Source: Candidatus Oxydemutatoraceae bacterium
GTDB lineage: Bacteria; Pseudomonadota; Gammaproteobacteria; Poriferisulfidales; Oxydemutatoraceae
Direction: 5' to 3'
NCBI GenBank assembly: GCA_965219575.1
Contig: OZ244779.1
Coordinates: 1,324,769 to 1,388,768, forward strand
Length of the DNA stretch: 64,000 nt
Translations under genes and position numbers: made by a program
The notes under the pieces: model-generated
Database searches by the model: none
What the model was told of the DNA's origin: nothing
The model's input: only the letters and a program-made list of their open reading frames with translations
In this document: positions 19,761 to 29,730 of the stretch, in pieces
Layout: every line of letters starts with the position of its first letter
Position numbering within the stretch: the stretch's first letter is position 1

Positions 19761-20999
19761 GGTTATTTCCCATAATTTTCTTACCGGCAGCGCATAAAGA
19801 GATTTGCCGTGGCTTAGGACACTATCACCGTTATAGAATAGGATGCCGCCTGCGAAATTCTTTCCTACCGCCTCTTTGAGTTTGCGCAAGCCGTTAAAAT
19901 CCGATTTTCTAATCGTTCCGGAGGCTTTAACTTCTACGCCTGCCAGTTTTATTCCGCGTTGTATAACGATGTCCACTTCCTCACCGTCTCTGTTTCTGAA
20001 GTGATAAAAGCTGTGATTTCTATCGCTTGCGCTGGCCTGTCTTTTTAATTCTTGTAAAACGAATGTTTCGAGGATATGACTGAATAACATACGATCTTCC
20101 AAGAGTGCCGATTTATCTAAGTCAAGCAAAGCACAGACGACCCCCGTATCGCATAGATGCATTTTAGGTGTTTTTACCAATCGCTTCGCTCGATTGCTAT
20201 GCCACGCCGGTATCCTTTCCATCAAAAACATTTTTTCGAGCACCATCAGGTAGCTATCGATTGTCAGCCTATCCAATTGAAAGGATGATGCTAGATTATT
20301 TACATTCAATAGGCAGGCTGTACGTCCCGCTGCTATTTCGAGTAACCTCGGTAATGTTTCTATCGAGCGAATTCCGGAAATAGTCCGTGCATCGCTATTT
20401 ACGATACTTTCTATATAGTTTCTATACCAGTTGTGTCTTCTTGTTTTAGATCGTTTGAGTACCGTCGGATAACCGCCTGTTACGATACGGTCTATATACG
20501 AATTTTTATTCGGTAAATCTTGGCTGATAGAAAAATCGGGAGCAAATAGAAGGTCGGGAAACTTGGGTTTCGTTTGTTGAAGTTCGTTTTGTGAAAACGG
20601 GTGCAGCCGAAGTATATCCATACGACCGGCGAGTGACTCTTTTATCTGTTTTGTTTGCAGTAGATTGACCGAACCCGTCAAGATAAATCTTCCTGCCGTA
20701 CGGTCTCTATCAACCGATAATTTTATCGACGGAAAAATTTCCGGTGCGCGTTGTGCTTCATCCAATATAACGCGTTCCGGTAGAGAATTGACAAAGTTAA
20801 GAGGGTCTTCAACGGCTTGAATTCTGATATTTTCGTCATCGAAAGTTAGGTATTTATAATCTGTCGATTTCTCTATTGCTTGAGCAAGCGTAGTTTTACC
20901 GCATTGACGTGATCCTTGTATTAGAACAAGAGGGGAATCTTTCAGTGCCTTTTTCAAGCGCGGTTCAATATGACGCGGATAAATGACTTTCTGTATCAT
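19752..20999 (-). CDS. AAA+ ATPase with DUF4143 / C-terminal PD-(D/E)XK-like domain
   Basis: GSRQCGKTT, VILDEAQR, FILTGS, ESLAGR, GGYP, KTPK..DTG, EVDIV..VEVK. Confidence 0.9.
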   Translation of the reverse strand: MIQKVIYPRHIEPRLKKALKDSPLVLIQGSRQCGKTTLAQAIEKSTDYKYLTFDDENIRIQAVEDPLNFVNSLPERVILDEAQRAPEIFPSIKLSVDRDRTAGRFILTGSVNLLQTKQIKESLAGRMDILRLHPFSQNELQQTKPKFPDLLFAPDFSISQDLPNKNSYIDRIVTGGYPTVLKRSKTRRHNWYRNYIESIVNSDARTISGIRSIETLPRLLEIAAGRTACLLNVNNLASSFQLDRLTIDSYLMVLEKMFLMERIPAWHSNRAKRLVKTPKMHLCDTGVVCALLDLDKSALLEDRMLFSHILETFVLQELKRQASASDRNHSFYHFRNRDGEEVDIVIQRGIKLAGVEVKASGTIRKSDFNGLRKLKEAVGKNFAGGILFYNGDSVLSHGKSLYALPVRKLWEITAD

Positions 21000-21018
21000 G
21001 ATTTTATTAGATCAAGGT

Positions 21019-21150
21019 TCGGCGTGCGTTATTTTATCTATCGGCTAATTGTGAATTAATACCTCGGCTGATTGTGAATCAAGACCTCGGCTGATTGTTA
21101 TTTTACCTATCGGCTGATTGTGAATCAAGACCTCGGCTGATTATGAAAAC
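21019..21150. repeat. 23-bp tandem array (5 units plus 1 degenerate)
   Basis: TCGGCT(G/A)ATT at 21041, 21064, 21087, 21110, 21133; degenerate unit at 21019. Confidence 0.9.
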
Positions 21151-21322
21151 AGAATGCTTAACCGAAGTTTATAATAGGGTTAATTCATATATTGTGTCGG
21201 CATGGGTTCGGACCAAACTTTTTAGGTTTCCTTAAAATAAGCGGTAATAAATATGTTTGTTATACTATGTATAAGAATTTTACCCATCAACTAGAATTAT
21301 TTAGAAAGATTTATACGATAGC

Positions 21323-22318
21323 ATGAATAGGTTATTGAAAAATACAGAAAATCGTTTTACATGCAATAAGTTGAAACCGACAAAACAGATAAATACACTG
21401 GAGGAAGACATGATGGAGAGCCTATCCAATAATGCTTTTAGCCTGCCTCCTAAATATCTATATAACGATAAGGGTTCCGAATTATTCGAGCAAATTTGCA
21501 ATTCCAAAGATTATTATCTGACTCGGGCGGAAAATAAGCTCTTGCAGGAGAAAGCCGATTATTTAATTGCCGAAGTTAAACCCGAACATATTGTCGAATT
21601 TGGTTGCGGCAAATTAGCCAAGAGCCGATTTTTATTGGATGCCTGTGAGCGACAAGGTATTCATTGTACCTTTTGGCCTGTCGATATATGCTATAGAGCA
21701 ATCAAGGATTTGAGCAGTAAGTTGCTCGCTGCGTATCCGTGGTTGCGTATCAATGCTTATTTAGGTGATTATCATGCAGGCTTTACGAATATACGCCTGC
21801 CCGAAGGTTGTCGCCTAGCCTTATTCATGGGTAGCACCATAGGTAATTTCAGTTCCGAGCAAGCGACCGATTTTTTAAGAGAAATCGGTGATTTATTGGG
21901 TGATGACGGTGTTTTGTTGTTGGGTGCGGATCGTATTAAGGACCGCGACATATTGACTGCCGCTTACGATGATTCCGACGGTGTGACCAAGCGTTTTAAT
22001 TTCAATTTACTCGATAGGCTCAATCAAGAACTGGATGCGGATTTCGTGTGTGATAATTTTAAGTATAGTGCCGTTTTCAATGAGTCTTATAGCCGTGTAG
22101 AAATGCGTTTGGTATCCGAGAAAGATCAAGTAATCTATTTTGCCAAGCTCGGACGTTCTATGAAGCTACGCAAAGGTGAAGCGATGTTAACCGAGATTAG
22201 CCGAAAATTCGACGATAAAAAATTAGACAATCTAATGCAAGAAGGCGGGTTTAAGATAGCGCATCATATGCTGGCGAACAACGATGTTTTTTCCCTACTA
22301 TTAGCTAAGAAATACTGA
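21323..22318 (+). CDS. egtD: L-histidine N-alpha-methyltransferase-like SAM methyltransferase
   Basis: LPPKYLY..GSELFEQI, YYLTRAE, GSTIGNF, AAYDDSDGVT, TEISRKF. Confidence 0.85.
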   Translation: MNRLLKNTENRFTCNKLKPTKQINTLEEDMMESLSNNAFSLPPKYLYNDKGSELFEQICNSKDYYLTRAENKLLQEKADYLIAEVKPEHIVEFGCGKLAKSRFLLDACERQGIHCTFWPVDICYRAIKDLSSKLLAAYPWLRINAYLGDYHAGFTNIRLPEGCRLALFMGSTIGNFSSEQATDFLREIGDLLGDDGVLLLGADRIKDRDILTAAYDDSDGVTKRFNFNLLDRLNQELDADFVCDNFKYSAVFNESYSRVEMRLVSEKDQVIYFAKLGRSMKLRKGEAMLTEISRKFDDKKLDNLMQEGGFKIAHHMLANNDVFSLLLAKKY

Positions 22319-22325
22319 AGCGGAT

Positions 22326-23030
22326 ATGAACCTGACACAAATCTTAATAGTTGACGACGACCCCGCTATTTGTGAAATGACTTGCCTGATGCTTAACAAC
22401 GAAGGTTATCGAGCCGAACAGGCGTTGACCGCAGAACTCGCAATTAAGAAAATATACCGCACGATGCCCGATCTGATTTTGGTCGATTGGATGATGCCGA
22501 AAACCGACGGTATCGATTTCACGCGTTATCTGCGCGGGCTTTCGGAAACCTCCCGGATTCCGATTATTATGCTAACCGCCAAGAGTGAAGAGAACGATAA
22601 AGTTAAGGCATTGGAACTCGGATGCGACGATTATATAACCAAACCATTTTCCAAACGAGAACTGCTTGCCAGGATCAAAGCACTGTTGCGGCGCACCAAG
22701 CCCGACAAGGAACTCAAGAAGATCACTTTAGGTGTTTATGCAATCGACCCGATGAAGCACTGGTTCACAATCAATAACAAAGAGGTCTTTTTGAGTGCAA
22801 CCGAATTTAAGCTATTGTATTTTATGATGATCCATCACGACCAGGTTTTATCGCGTTCTAAGATATTGGCTCGTGTTTGGGATAGAGATAAATATATAGA
22901 AGAACGAACCGTCGATGTACATATCAAGAGATTACGAAATATTCTTAAGGCGCATCGAGCGGCGGAAGCGATAGAGACGGTTAGAGGAGTGGGTTATCGT
23001 TTCGTACTTAAGGAAAAAATATCGGCGTGA
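22326..23030 (+). CDS. phoB: Phosphate regulon response regulator
   Basis: DWMMP, DDYITKPFS, ERTVDVHIKRLR; next to pst genes. Confidence 0.88.
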   Translation: MNLTQILIVDDDPAICEMTCLMLNNEGYRAEQALTAELAIKKIYRTMPDLILVDWMMPKTDGIDFTRYLRGLSETSRIPIIMLTAKSEENDKVKALELGCDDYITKPFSKRELLARIKALLRRTKPDKELKKITLGVYAIDPMKHWFTINNKEVFLSATEFKLLYFMMIHHDQVLSRSKILARVWDRDKYIEERTVDVHIKRLRNILKAHRAAEAIETVRGVGYRFVLKEKISA

Positions 23031-24301
23031 AGCGATTTATACAAAATAATGTATCGGCACTGATACCTTATGTATTGCTCGCCGTGATCTGCGGCATTAT
23101 TTTCGGACATTTTTTGGTCTTTCTCCTACTCGCAATACTGGCATTTATTTTCACACAGTTACTGCAACTGTACTATTTGCAGAAATGGTGTTCCGATCAA
23201 TCGATAACCGTACCGTCTGCGGGATTAAATCGCATATGGAAAAATGTCTACACTTCGCTCGAGACTCGTCTAAGCGATAGAAATGCAGTACCCGAGTTAA
23301 GTGTTAATGAACTGCAAAACATCGAGCAGAGTGATTACGGTCTCGTATTACTCGAAGACAATCGTATTAAATGGATAAATAAACAAGCGGGTGCATTATT
23401 ACAACTTAACGCAAGCCGAGATATCGCAACCGATATAAGTCACTCACTGCGTTATCCGAGTTTTATAGATGCACTCGATAAAAAGTGTTATGGGCAGGAA
23501 ATCATATTGCAAGATAAACAGCCGCCCATCGCCGTCTGTTTGTTGCCCTACGGTAGCCGTTATCTTTGTATGTTGGTGCGTGATATTTCTCATTTTATAG
23601 AAATCAAAAACACCAATCGTCAATTAGTCGCTAATGTGGCTCACGAATTACGCTCTCCGTTGACTGTGATCAACGGTTATTTGGAAATATTAAAAGAAAA
23701 TAGCAAAGAGGCCGAAGACAAGTCTCTTAAAAAGATATTGGATAATATACAAAAGCAAGTTGAACGAATGAAAGTATTGGCCGACGATACGCTGAACATA
23801 GTCTATTTGGAAAATACCGAATTAAAGGAGCGAGATCAGAGTAGTGTCGACGTAGCCGAGATGCTGGAGTCCGTATTAGAGGCTATAAAGATAGGCACCG
23901 ACCCAATCCGTTTTGATACTCGGATAGAGGCTTTTAAGTTGCACGGCTGCGCTTCGGAACTCTACAGCGTATTCTATAATCTTATCGACAATGCAAAAAG
24001 CCATTCGCAATCCGACGACATAAATATCGTATGGCAGCGAGACGACCGAGGCGCTTATTTCGAAGTGGCCGACACGGGCATCGGTATAGCGACACATCAT
24101 TTGCCGAAACTAAGCAAGCATTTCTATAAGGTAGACCCGGCGCGTTCGGGAAGCAAAGGCAATACCGGTTTGGGTTTATCGATAGTCAAGCATGTATTGG
24201 ATAGACATCAAGCAACTTTGGAAATAGAAAGCGAAGTAGGTAAGGGAAGCACTTTCAGGTGTCGATTTCCCGCCTCGAGGGTAGTAGAGGCAGATTCTTA
24301 A
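23027..24301 (+). CDS. phoR: Phosphate regulon sensor kinase
   Basis: ANVAHELRSPLTVINGYLE, NLIDNA, GLGLSIVKH. Confidence 0.88.
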   Translation: MKRFIQNNVSALIPYVLLAVICGIIFGHFLVFLLLAILAFIFTQLLQLYYLQKWCSDQSITVPSAGLNRIWKNVYTSLETRLSDRNAVPELSVNELQNIEQSDYGLVLLEDNRIKWINKQAGALLQLNASRDIATDISHSLRYPSFIDALDKKCYGQEIILQDKQPPIAVCLLPYGSRYLCMLVRDISHFIEIKNTNRQLVANVAHELRSPLTVINGYLEILKENSKEAEDKSLKKILDNIQKQVERMKVLADDTLNIVYLENTELKERDQSSVDVAEMLESVLEAIKIGTDPIRFDTRIEAFKLHGCASELYSVFYNLIDNAKSHSQSDDINIVWQRDDRGAYFEVADTGIGIATHHLPKLSKHFYKVDPARSGSKGNTGLGLSIVKHVLDRHQATLEIESEVGKGSTFRCRFPASRVVEADS

Positions 24302-24302
24302 A

Positions 24303-24478
24303 GTATAGTGCCGGTACATTCCCCTCCTTCGAGGGGTGGCCTATGCATTTTGCAATGGATGTGTTTAGCAGTCATGTTGAGGTTCCGAGCAAAGTCACGC
24401 CGATTGAGCCGGTAGGTTAATCGGCAATTTAATTTTAGTCCGCCCCTACAACTTTATGAAATACTTTTTCAACAGCCC
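24303..24478. repeat. Partial modular repeat copy
   Basis: CCCCTCC..GAGGGG hairpin, GCCGATTGA palindrome, GTCCGCCCCTAC, TIR ACTTTTTCAACAGCCC; 24310-24425 is the reverse complement of 61670-61780. Confidence 0.85.
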
Positions 24479-24517
24479 GGCGTATCCGCACTATCCGGAG
24501 CAAGTGGTGGTTGATAG

Positions 24518-25291
24518 TTAGCCGAAACGCCCGGTAATATATTGTTCGGTTAGAGTCTCTTTAGGGTTTGTGAATATCTCTTCGGTATCCGCCAATTCAA
24601 TTAAAGCACCCAAGTGAAAATAAGCGGTTGTTTGCGATACGCGGGCTGCTTGTTGCATTGAATGTGTGACGATGGCGATCGTATAATTTTGTTTTAATTC
24701 ATCTATTAATTCTTCTATTTTAGCGGTTGCGATAGGGTCTAGAGCGGAACACGGCTCATCCATCAGCACGACTTCGGGGTTGATAGAGATCGCTCGTGCG
24801 ATGCACAGGCGTTGTTGTTGTCCGCCCGAGAGGCTGGTTCCGGTTTCGTCTAAACGCTCTTTGACTTCGTTCCATAGACCGGCTTTTTCCAAGCTCGCAC
24901 GCACGATTTCGTCGAGTGCGTGGCGGTCGGTGGCTAGGCCGTGAATACGCGGACCATAAGCGATATTGTCGTAAATGGATTTAGGGAATGGATTGGGTTT
25001 TTGAAAAACCATACCGACTCTGGCCCGTAATTCCACCACATCGATGCCGTCTTTGATATTAATATCGTTGAGCAATATCTCTCCGGTAACCCGACAATCG
25101 TCTATGGTGTCGTTCATTCTGTTGAGACAACGCAGAAATGTGGATTTGCCGCAGCCCGACGGTCCGATCATTGCGATTACTTCGTTACGTTTTATATCCA
25201 GACTGACATCGGTGATCGCTTGCTTTTTGCCGTAATATACATTTAAGTTTTTAACTCTGATACAGATACTGTTTTGTGTTTTTTTTATCAT
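24518..25291 (-). CDS. pstB: Phosphate ABC transporter ATPase
   Basis: [38 protein letters not shown]. Confidence 0.97.
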   Translation of the reverse strand: MIKKTQNSICIRVKNLNVYYGKKQAITDVSLDIKRNEVIAMIGPSGCGKSTFLRCLNRMNDTIDDCRVTGEILLNDINIKDGIDVVELRARVGMVFQKPNPFPKSIYDNIAYGPRIHGLATDRHALDEIVRASLEKAGLWNEVKERLDETGTSLSGGQQQRLCIARAISINPEVVLMDEPCSALDPIATAKIEELIDELKQNYTIAIVTHSMQQAARVSQTTAYFHLGALIELADTEEIFTNPKETLTEQYITGRFG

Positions 25292-25301
25292 CGGGACGTA
25301 T

Positions 25302-26573
25302 TCAGTATTTTACTTCGAATGCCTTTCTAGCCAATACCGCAAGTAGATTCATCGCTACCAGAAACACCAATAGCACCACGATTGCACCTGCGGTGCGGTC
25401 TACAAAAGCACGTTCGGGACTGTCCGCCCATAAGTATATCTGCACCGGTAAAGCGGTAGCGGGATCGGTCATGTCTTGAGGGATGTCGACGATGAATGCC
25501 ATCATTCCTATAATCAGTAACGGTGCAGTTTCTCCTAAAGCCTGCGCCATGCCGATAATGCTACCGGTTAAAATACTAGGCATTGCCAGAGGCAACACAT
25601 GGTGTGTCGTCGCCTGCACATCCGACGCACCTAAAGCGAGTGCGCCTTCGCGTATGGAAGACGGTACCGATTTTAGTGCTGCGCGTGCGGCAATAATAAT
25701 CGTCGGCAAAGTCATCAAGCTGAGAACCAAGCCGCCGACCAAAGGGGTTGACCTCGGTAGGTTGAAAAAGTTTAGGAAAATTACCAAACCCAGCAAACCG
25801 AAGATGATAGAGGGGACTGCAGCCAAGTTATTGATATTGATTTCTATAAAGTCGGTGTAGCGATTTTTAGGAGCAAATTCCTCCAAGTAAATTGCCGTAG
25901 CGATACCGAGCGGGAAAGAGATTAGAAACGCGATTAGCAAAGCATAGGAAGAACCGACGATTGCACCCAATATGCCGGCGCGTTCGGGGTCTCGTGAATC
26001 ACCGTTGCTAAAGAAGTTGGTATTGAATTTCAATTTAATGCGATCTTGCGAGACGAGCTGTTCCGCCCACAGAACTTGTTTTTCGTTGAGCCTAAATGTT
26101 TTTCTGCTCGCCGGCGAGTCTCCGCTTTTCATGTAGCCGTCCAGTTCGTCGTCGGCGAGTATATCCAGAGATACCGTCTGTTCCGATGTTTTCGGTAGGT
26201 CCTGAATTATCTCTACGACCTCGTATTTGGCACCGTTGCTGATTAGTTTGCCTAATGCGAGTTTGTCGCTTCTGGACCGGACATCGGGGAACAACCCGTA
26301 TAGTGCGGTCTTGATGGCATTTTGAACCGACAAGCTCGATAACGTTTGTTGTTCACGCACATTGGCAGGGAAGTCAATGTCGAGTTGTATATAAGTTTGT
26401 TGAAAGGCGTTTCTTGCTTGGTAGATTAACCCACCTATGATGAGTACCAACAGCAGTATACCGATCAGTGTGGTCGTCATAGCCGCAAACTTGAACAGTT
26501 TCTCGGTGTAATAACGCCGTCCTAAACTATGTTTTATTTGTTCTACATACGATACTTCGGTACTTTTATTCAT
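25302..26573 (-). CDS. pstA: Phosphate ABC transporter permease
   Basis: [19 protein letters not shown]. Confidence 0.95.
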   Translation of the reverse strand: MNKSTEVSYVEQIKHSLGRRYYTEKLFKFAAMTTTLIGILLLVLIIGGLIYQARNAFQQTYIQLDIDFPANVREQQTLSSLSVQNAIKTALYGLFPDVRSRSDKLALGKLISNGAKYEVVEIIQDLPKTSEQTVSLDILADDELDGYMKSGDSPASRKTFRLNEKQVLWAEQLVSQDRIKLKFNTNFFSNGDSRDPERAGILGAIVGSSYALLIAFLISFPLGIATAIYLEEFAPKNRYTDFIEININNLAAVPSIIFGLLGLVIFLNFFNLPRSTPLVGGLVLSLMTLPTIIIAARAALKSVPSSIREGALALGASDVQATTHHVLPLAMPSILTGSIIGMAQALGETAPLLIIGMMAFIVDIPQDMTDPATALPVQIYLWADSPERAFVDRTAGAIVVLLVFLVAMNLLAVLARKAFEVKY

Positions 26574-27810
26574 ATTGTTCCCGGTATGTTTTTAAGATCT
26601 TTAATGCAACGACATTGAGCATCAATGTTGCCAAAAACAAAGTCAATCCCAAGGCGAAAGCAGCCAAGGTTTTAGCACTGTCAAATTCGTGATCGCCGAT
26701 GAGTAAGGAGACAATCTGCACGGTCACGGTGGTAGTACTATCGAGCGGATTACCGGTCAGTTTAGCCGACATACCCGCGGCCATCACGACGATCATCGTC
26801 TCGCCGATTGCTCTGGAGACAGCCAATAATATACCTCCCATAATCCCCGGTATCGCTGCCGGTAACACGACTTTGGTTATCGTTTCCGAATGGGTGGCAC
26901 CGAGCGCATACGAACTGTCGCGCAAGGCTTTGGGTACGGCGTGCAGAGCGTCGTCGGTGAACGAGCATATAAACGGTATCAGCATGACCCCCATTGCCAA
27001 ACCGGCAGCCAAGGCACTTTCCGACGAGGCTTGTAAGCCGAATGACTCGGCGGTATTTTTGATGAAAGGGGAAAGCCACAAAACTGCGATAAAGCCGTAG
27101 ACTACGGTCGGGATGCCGGCTAAAATCTCGAGCAGGGGTTTGATGGAATTTCTGATATGCGCACCTGCATATTCGGCAAGAAAGATAGCCGACATCAAGC
27201 CTATAGGTAGTGCGAGTGTCATCGCAACTACGGTTATCAGTAAAGTACCGGCAAATAACGGTATTGCACCGAAAGCACCCGAGGCACCGACTTGGTCTTC
27301 GCGTATCGCAGTTTGCGGACTCCAGTGCAAACCGAAAAATTCACTAATAGGCACTAGATTGAAAAACTTAATAGACTCGAATAGCACCGATAATACGATA
27401 CCTATAGTAGTCAATATGGCAAGGGTGGAAGCAGAAATCAGTAGCCAAGTCAACATTTTTTCTATAGCTTTGCGCGTATTGTGTCGGTTGTTGATGCACT
27501 GCCATCCCCATGTGGCACCGACGAGTAGAACACCGATACACAGCGTCATCAGTACCGGAAACGGACCTGTTTCTATGGCATCTTTGACGGTAGCAGGAAG
27601 ATAGTCACCCCATAGAAACCAACCGACTAAGATAATCATCGGGGGCACGCTACTCCATAGTGCGGTATGCCACGCATAATAGACGGGAGCGGATTTAACA
27701 ACGCGGCTACCGTAACTTTGCAGTTGTATCGCTCTAGCGCGCCGTCCTGCAAAAAAATAGATCAAAGTAGATAGCGATAGTAAAAGGATAGCTAATTCTA
27801 TATTACTCAT
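26566..27810 (-). CDS. pstC: Phosphate ABC transporter permease
   Basis: EILAGIPTVVYG, SRAIGETMIV. Confidence 0.95.
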   Translation of the reverse strand: MSNIELAILLLSLSTLIYFFAGRRARAIQLQSYGSRVVKSAPVYYAWHTALWSSVPPMIILVGWFLWGDYLPATVKDAIETGPFPVLMTLCIGVLLVGATWGWQCINNRHNTRKAIEKMLTWLLISASTLAILTTIGIVLSVLFESIKFFNLVPISEFFGLHWSPQTAIREDQVGASGAFGAIPLFAGTLLITVVAMTLALPIGLMSAIFLAEYAGAHIRNSIKPLLEILAGIPTVVYGFIAVLWLSPFIKNTAESFGLQASSESALAAGLAMGVMLIPFICSFTDDALHAVPKALRDSSYALGATHSETITKVVLPAAIPGIMGGILLAVSRAIGETMIVVMAAGMSAKLTGNPLDSTTTVTVQIVSLLIGDHEFDSAKTLAAFALGLTLFLATLMLNVVALKILKTYREQYE

Positions 27811-27900
27811 AACGATAAGGCGGGCGATTATTAGGTAGCGGAAACCATTACCACGATCCGTCGTCTATTATACAAAAAACCGGTAGACTCATTCCGTTCA

Positions 27901-27941
27901 TTTAACAATTATGTGTCGGATATTTGACAAATGTGTGAAAA
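27901..27941 (-). promoter_or_regulatory. Probable Pho box array upstream of pstC
   Basis: Minus strand TTTTCACACAT-TTGTCAAATAT-CCGACACATAA-TTGTTAAA, 11-bp period. Confidence 0.55.
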
Positions 27942-28030
27942 TAGTAATTTTTTACCGAAAGTAATCTTTTAGTCGTGCTTATTAGCATATACTAGTGTAG
28001 CTTCAAATAATACGGAGAGCTAATCTAATT

Positions 28031-28732
28031 ATGAACGATAATTTACCCCACCACAGTGTTGCCCAATACGGTAAGGAGATAAACGATCTTAAGAGTTTGG
28101 TTTTGCGCATGGCGGGGGCGGTTGAACAGCGCGTCGTTGCCGTCGTCGAAGCTATGACCGAAAATAATTCCGAGCGTGCACAATGGGTTATAGACTCGGA
28201 CAACGAGATCAATAACCTGGAACGCGAAGTCGATGAAATGTGCGTAGGCATCATGGCGCGCCGGCAACCCGTTGCGACCGACTTACGCTTAGTCATTACC
28301 GTGCTAAAACTGACCACCGATCTCGAGCGTATCGGAGACGAAACCCAACGTATCGCAAAAGTGATTAGAAATTTAAATTTTGCGACGACGCCCGATCAGA
28401 TGAAGCACACATTTAAGGAATTAAGTGCAAGAGTGACAAAGATGCTACACGATGTTATAGACAGTTTTGCACGCAACGATGTGGAACTCTCGAACCGCAT
28501 TTTCAAACAAGACAAGGATGCAGACCAACACTACAAGACTCTACTGGAAGACCAACTTCCCGATGTTATAAATAACAATACACACCACATTCCTTATATA
28601 CTGGACCTGATTTGGTGCGCGCGTAGCCTGGAGCGTATCGGTGATCATTCAAAAAATGTAGCGGAACACGTCATCTATATGGTTGAAGCCACGGATGTGC
28701 GGCACCGTAAAGTATTGTCTCCAAGTGCATGA
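28031..28732 (+). CDS. phoU: Phosphate signalling protein
   Basis: QPVATDLR, DLERIGD, SLERIGDHSKNVAE. Confidence 0.96.
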   Translation: MNDNLPHHSVAQYGKEINDLKSLVLRMAGAVEQRVVAVVEAMTENNSERAQWVIDSDNEINNLEREVDEMCVGIMARRQPVATDLRLVITVLKLTTDLERIGDETQRIAKVIRNLNFATTPDQMKHTFKELSARVTKMLHDVIDSFARNDVELSNRIFKQDKDADQHYKTLLEDQLPDVINNNTHHIPYILDLIWCARSLERIGDHSKNVAEHVIYMVEATDVRHRKVLSPSA

Positions 28733-28803
28733 TCTTCTTGTAGGGAGAGGGTATCACATCTTGCAGTATATGCGTTCCCCGACACGATAAGGTTCTGCAC
28801 AGG

Positions 28804-29730
28804 TTACGCCGATTGACCTACCGGCTCAATCGGCGGTTCTGTCATTAATAATTCCAGTAATGCTTTTTGAGCATGCAAGCGGTTGCCGGCTTCTTCCCAG
28901 ACGACACTCTGTATTCCGTCTATGACTTTGGCATCGACTTCTTCGCCGCGATGCGCAGGTAAGCAGTGCATGAATAACGCATCGGATTTTGCATGAGTCA
29001 TCAATTCGGCACTAACCCGATAATTGTTGAAGTCTTGTAAGCGTTTTTGCCTCTCGGTTTCTTGTCCCATACTTGCCCAGACATCGGTTACCACTAAATC
29101 GGCATCTTCGACGGCCACATGAGGATCGTCGACCCATCGTATCGGTGGTTCAATTTTCGGCAACCGTGCATCGTCTATGCGATAGCCTTCGGGGCTTGCA
29201 ATCGTCAATTGAAACTCCAGCAACGATGCAGCGTTAATGTAGGAATAACAAACATTATTTCCGTCTCCTACCCAGGCGACCGATCGTCCTTTGATATCAC
29301 CGCGCTTTTCAAAATAAGTCAGCATATCGGCGAGCAATTGACACGGATGGCAGAGATCGGTCAAGCCGTTGATTATCGGCACGGTTGCGTGTTCGGCAAA
29401 ACGTTCCAGGTTTCGGTGTGCCGATGTCCGTATCATAATCGCATCGACCATTCGAGATAGGACTTTGGCACTATCTTCTATGGTTTCACCGCGACCTAAT
29501 TGACTGTCCCTGCTACTCAGGAATATCGCGTGCCCGCCGAGTTGTACCATTGCGGTTTCAAAAGAAACACGCGTACGGGTAGAGGATTTCTCAAACACCA
29601 TCGCAAGTGTTTTATTTGCCAGAGATTTGGCATACAGTTCTTTTTTGAGAACCATGGCTCGGTGGATTAAAGTTTTGAATTCATCGGCACTCAAGTCTCT
29701 GAGCGTTAAAAAATGTCTAGGTTTTTTCAT
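28804..29730 (-). CDS. argF: Ornithine carbamoyltransferase
   Basis: STRTR, HPCQ, HCLP. Confidence 0.96.
   Translation of the reverse strand: MKKPRHFLTLRDLSADEFKTLIHRAMVLKKELYAKSLANKTLAMVFEKSSTRTRVSFETAMVQLGGHAIFLSSRDSQLGRGETIEDSAKVLSRMVDAIMIRTSAHRNLERFAEHATVPIINGLTDLCHPCQLLADMLTYFEKRGDIKGRSVAWVGDGNNVCYSYINAASLLEFQLTIASPEGYRIDDARLPKIEPPIRWVDDPHVAVEDADLVVTDVWASMGQETERQKRLQDFNNYRVSAELMTHAKSDALFMHCLPAHRGEEVDAKVIDGIQSVVWEEAGNRLHAQKALLELLMTEPPIEPVGQSA

Noticed and set aside
21019-21150. CRISPR array or plasmid origin
   Set aside because: Period only 23 bp, tails recur, no cas or rep gene nearby; kept as a tandem array
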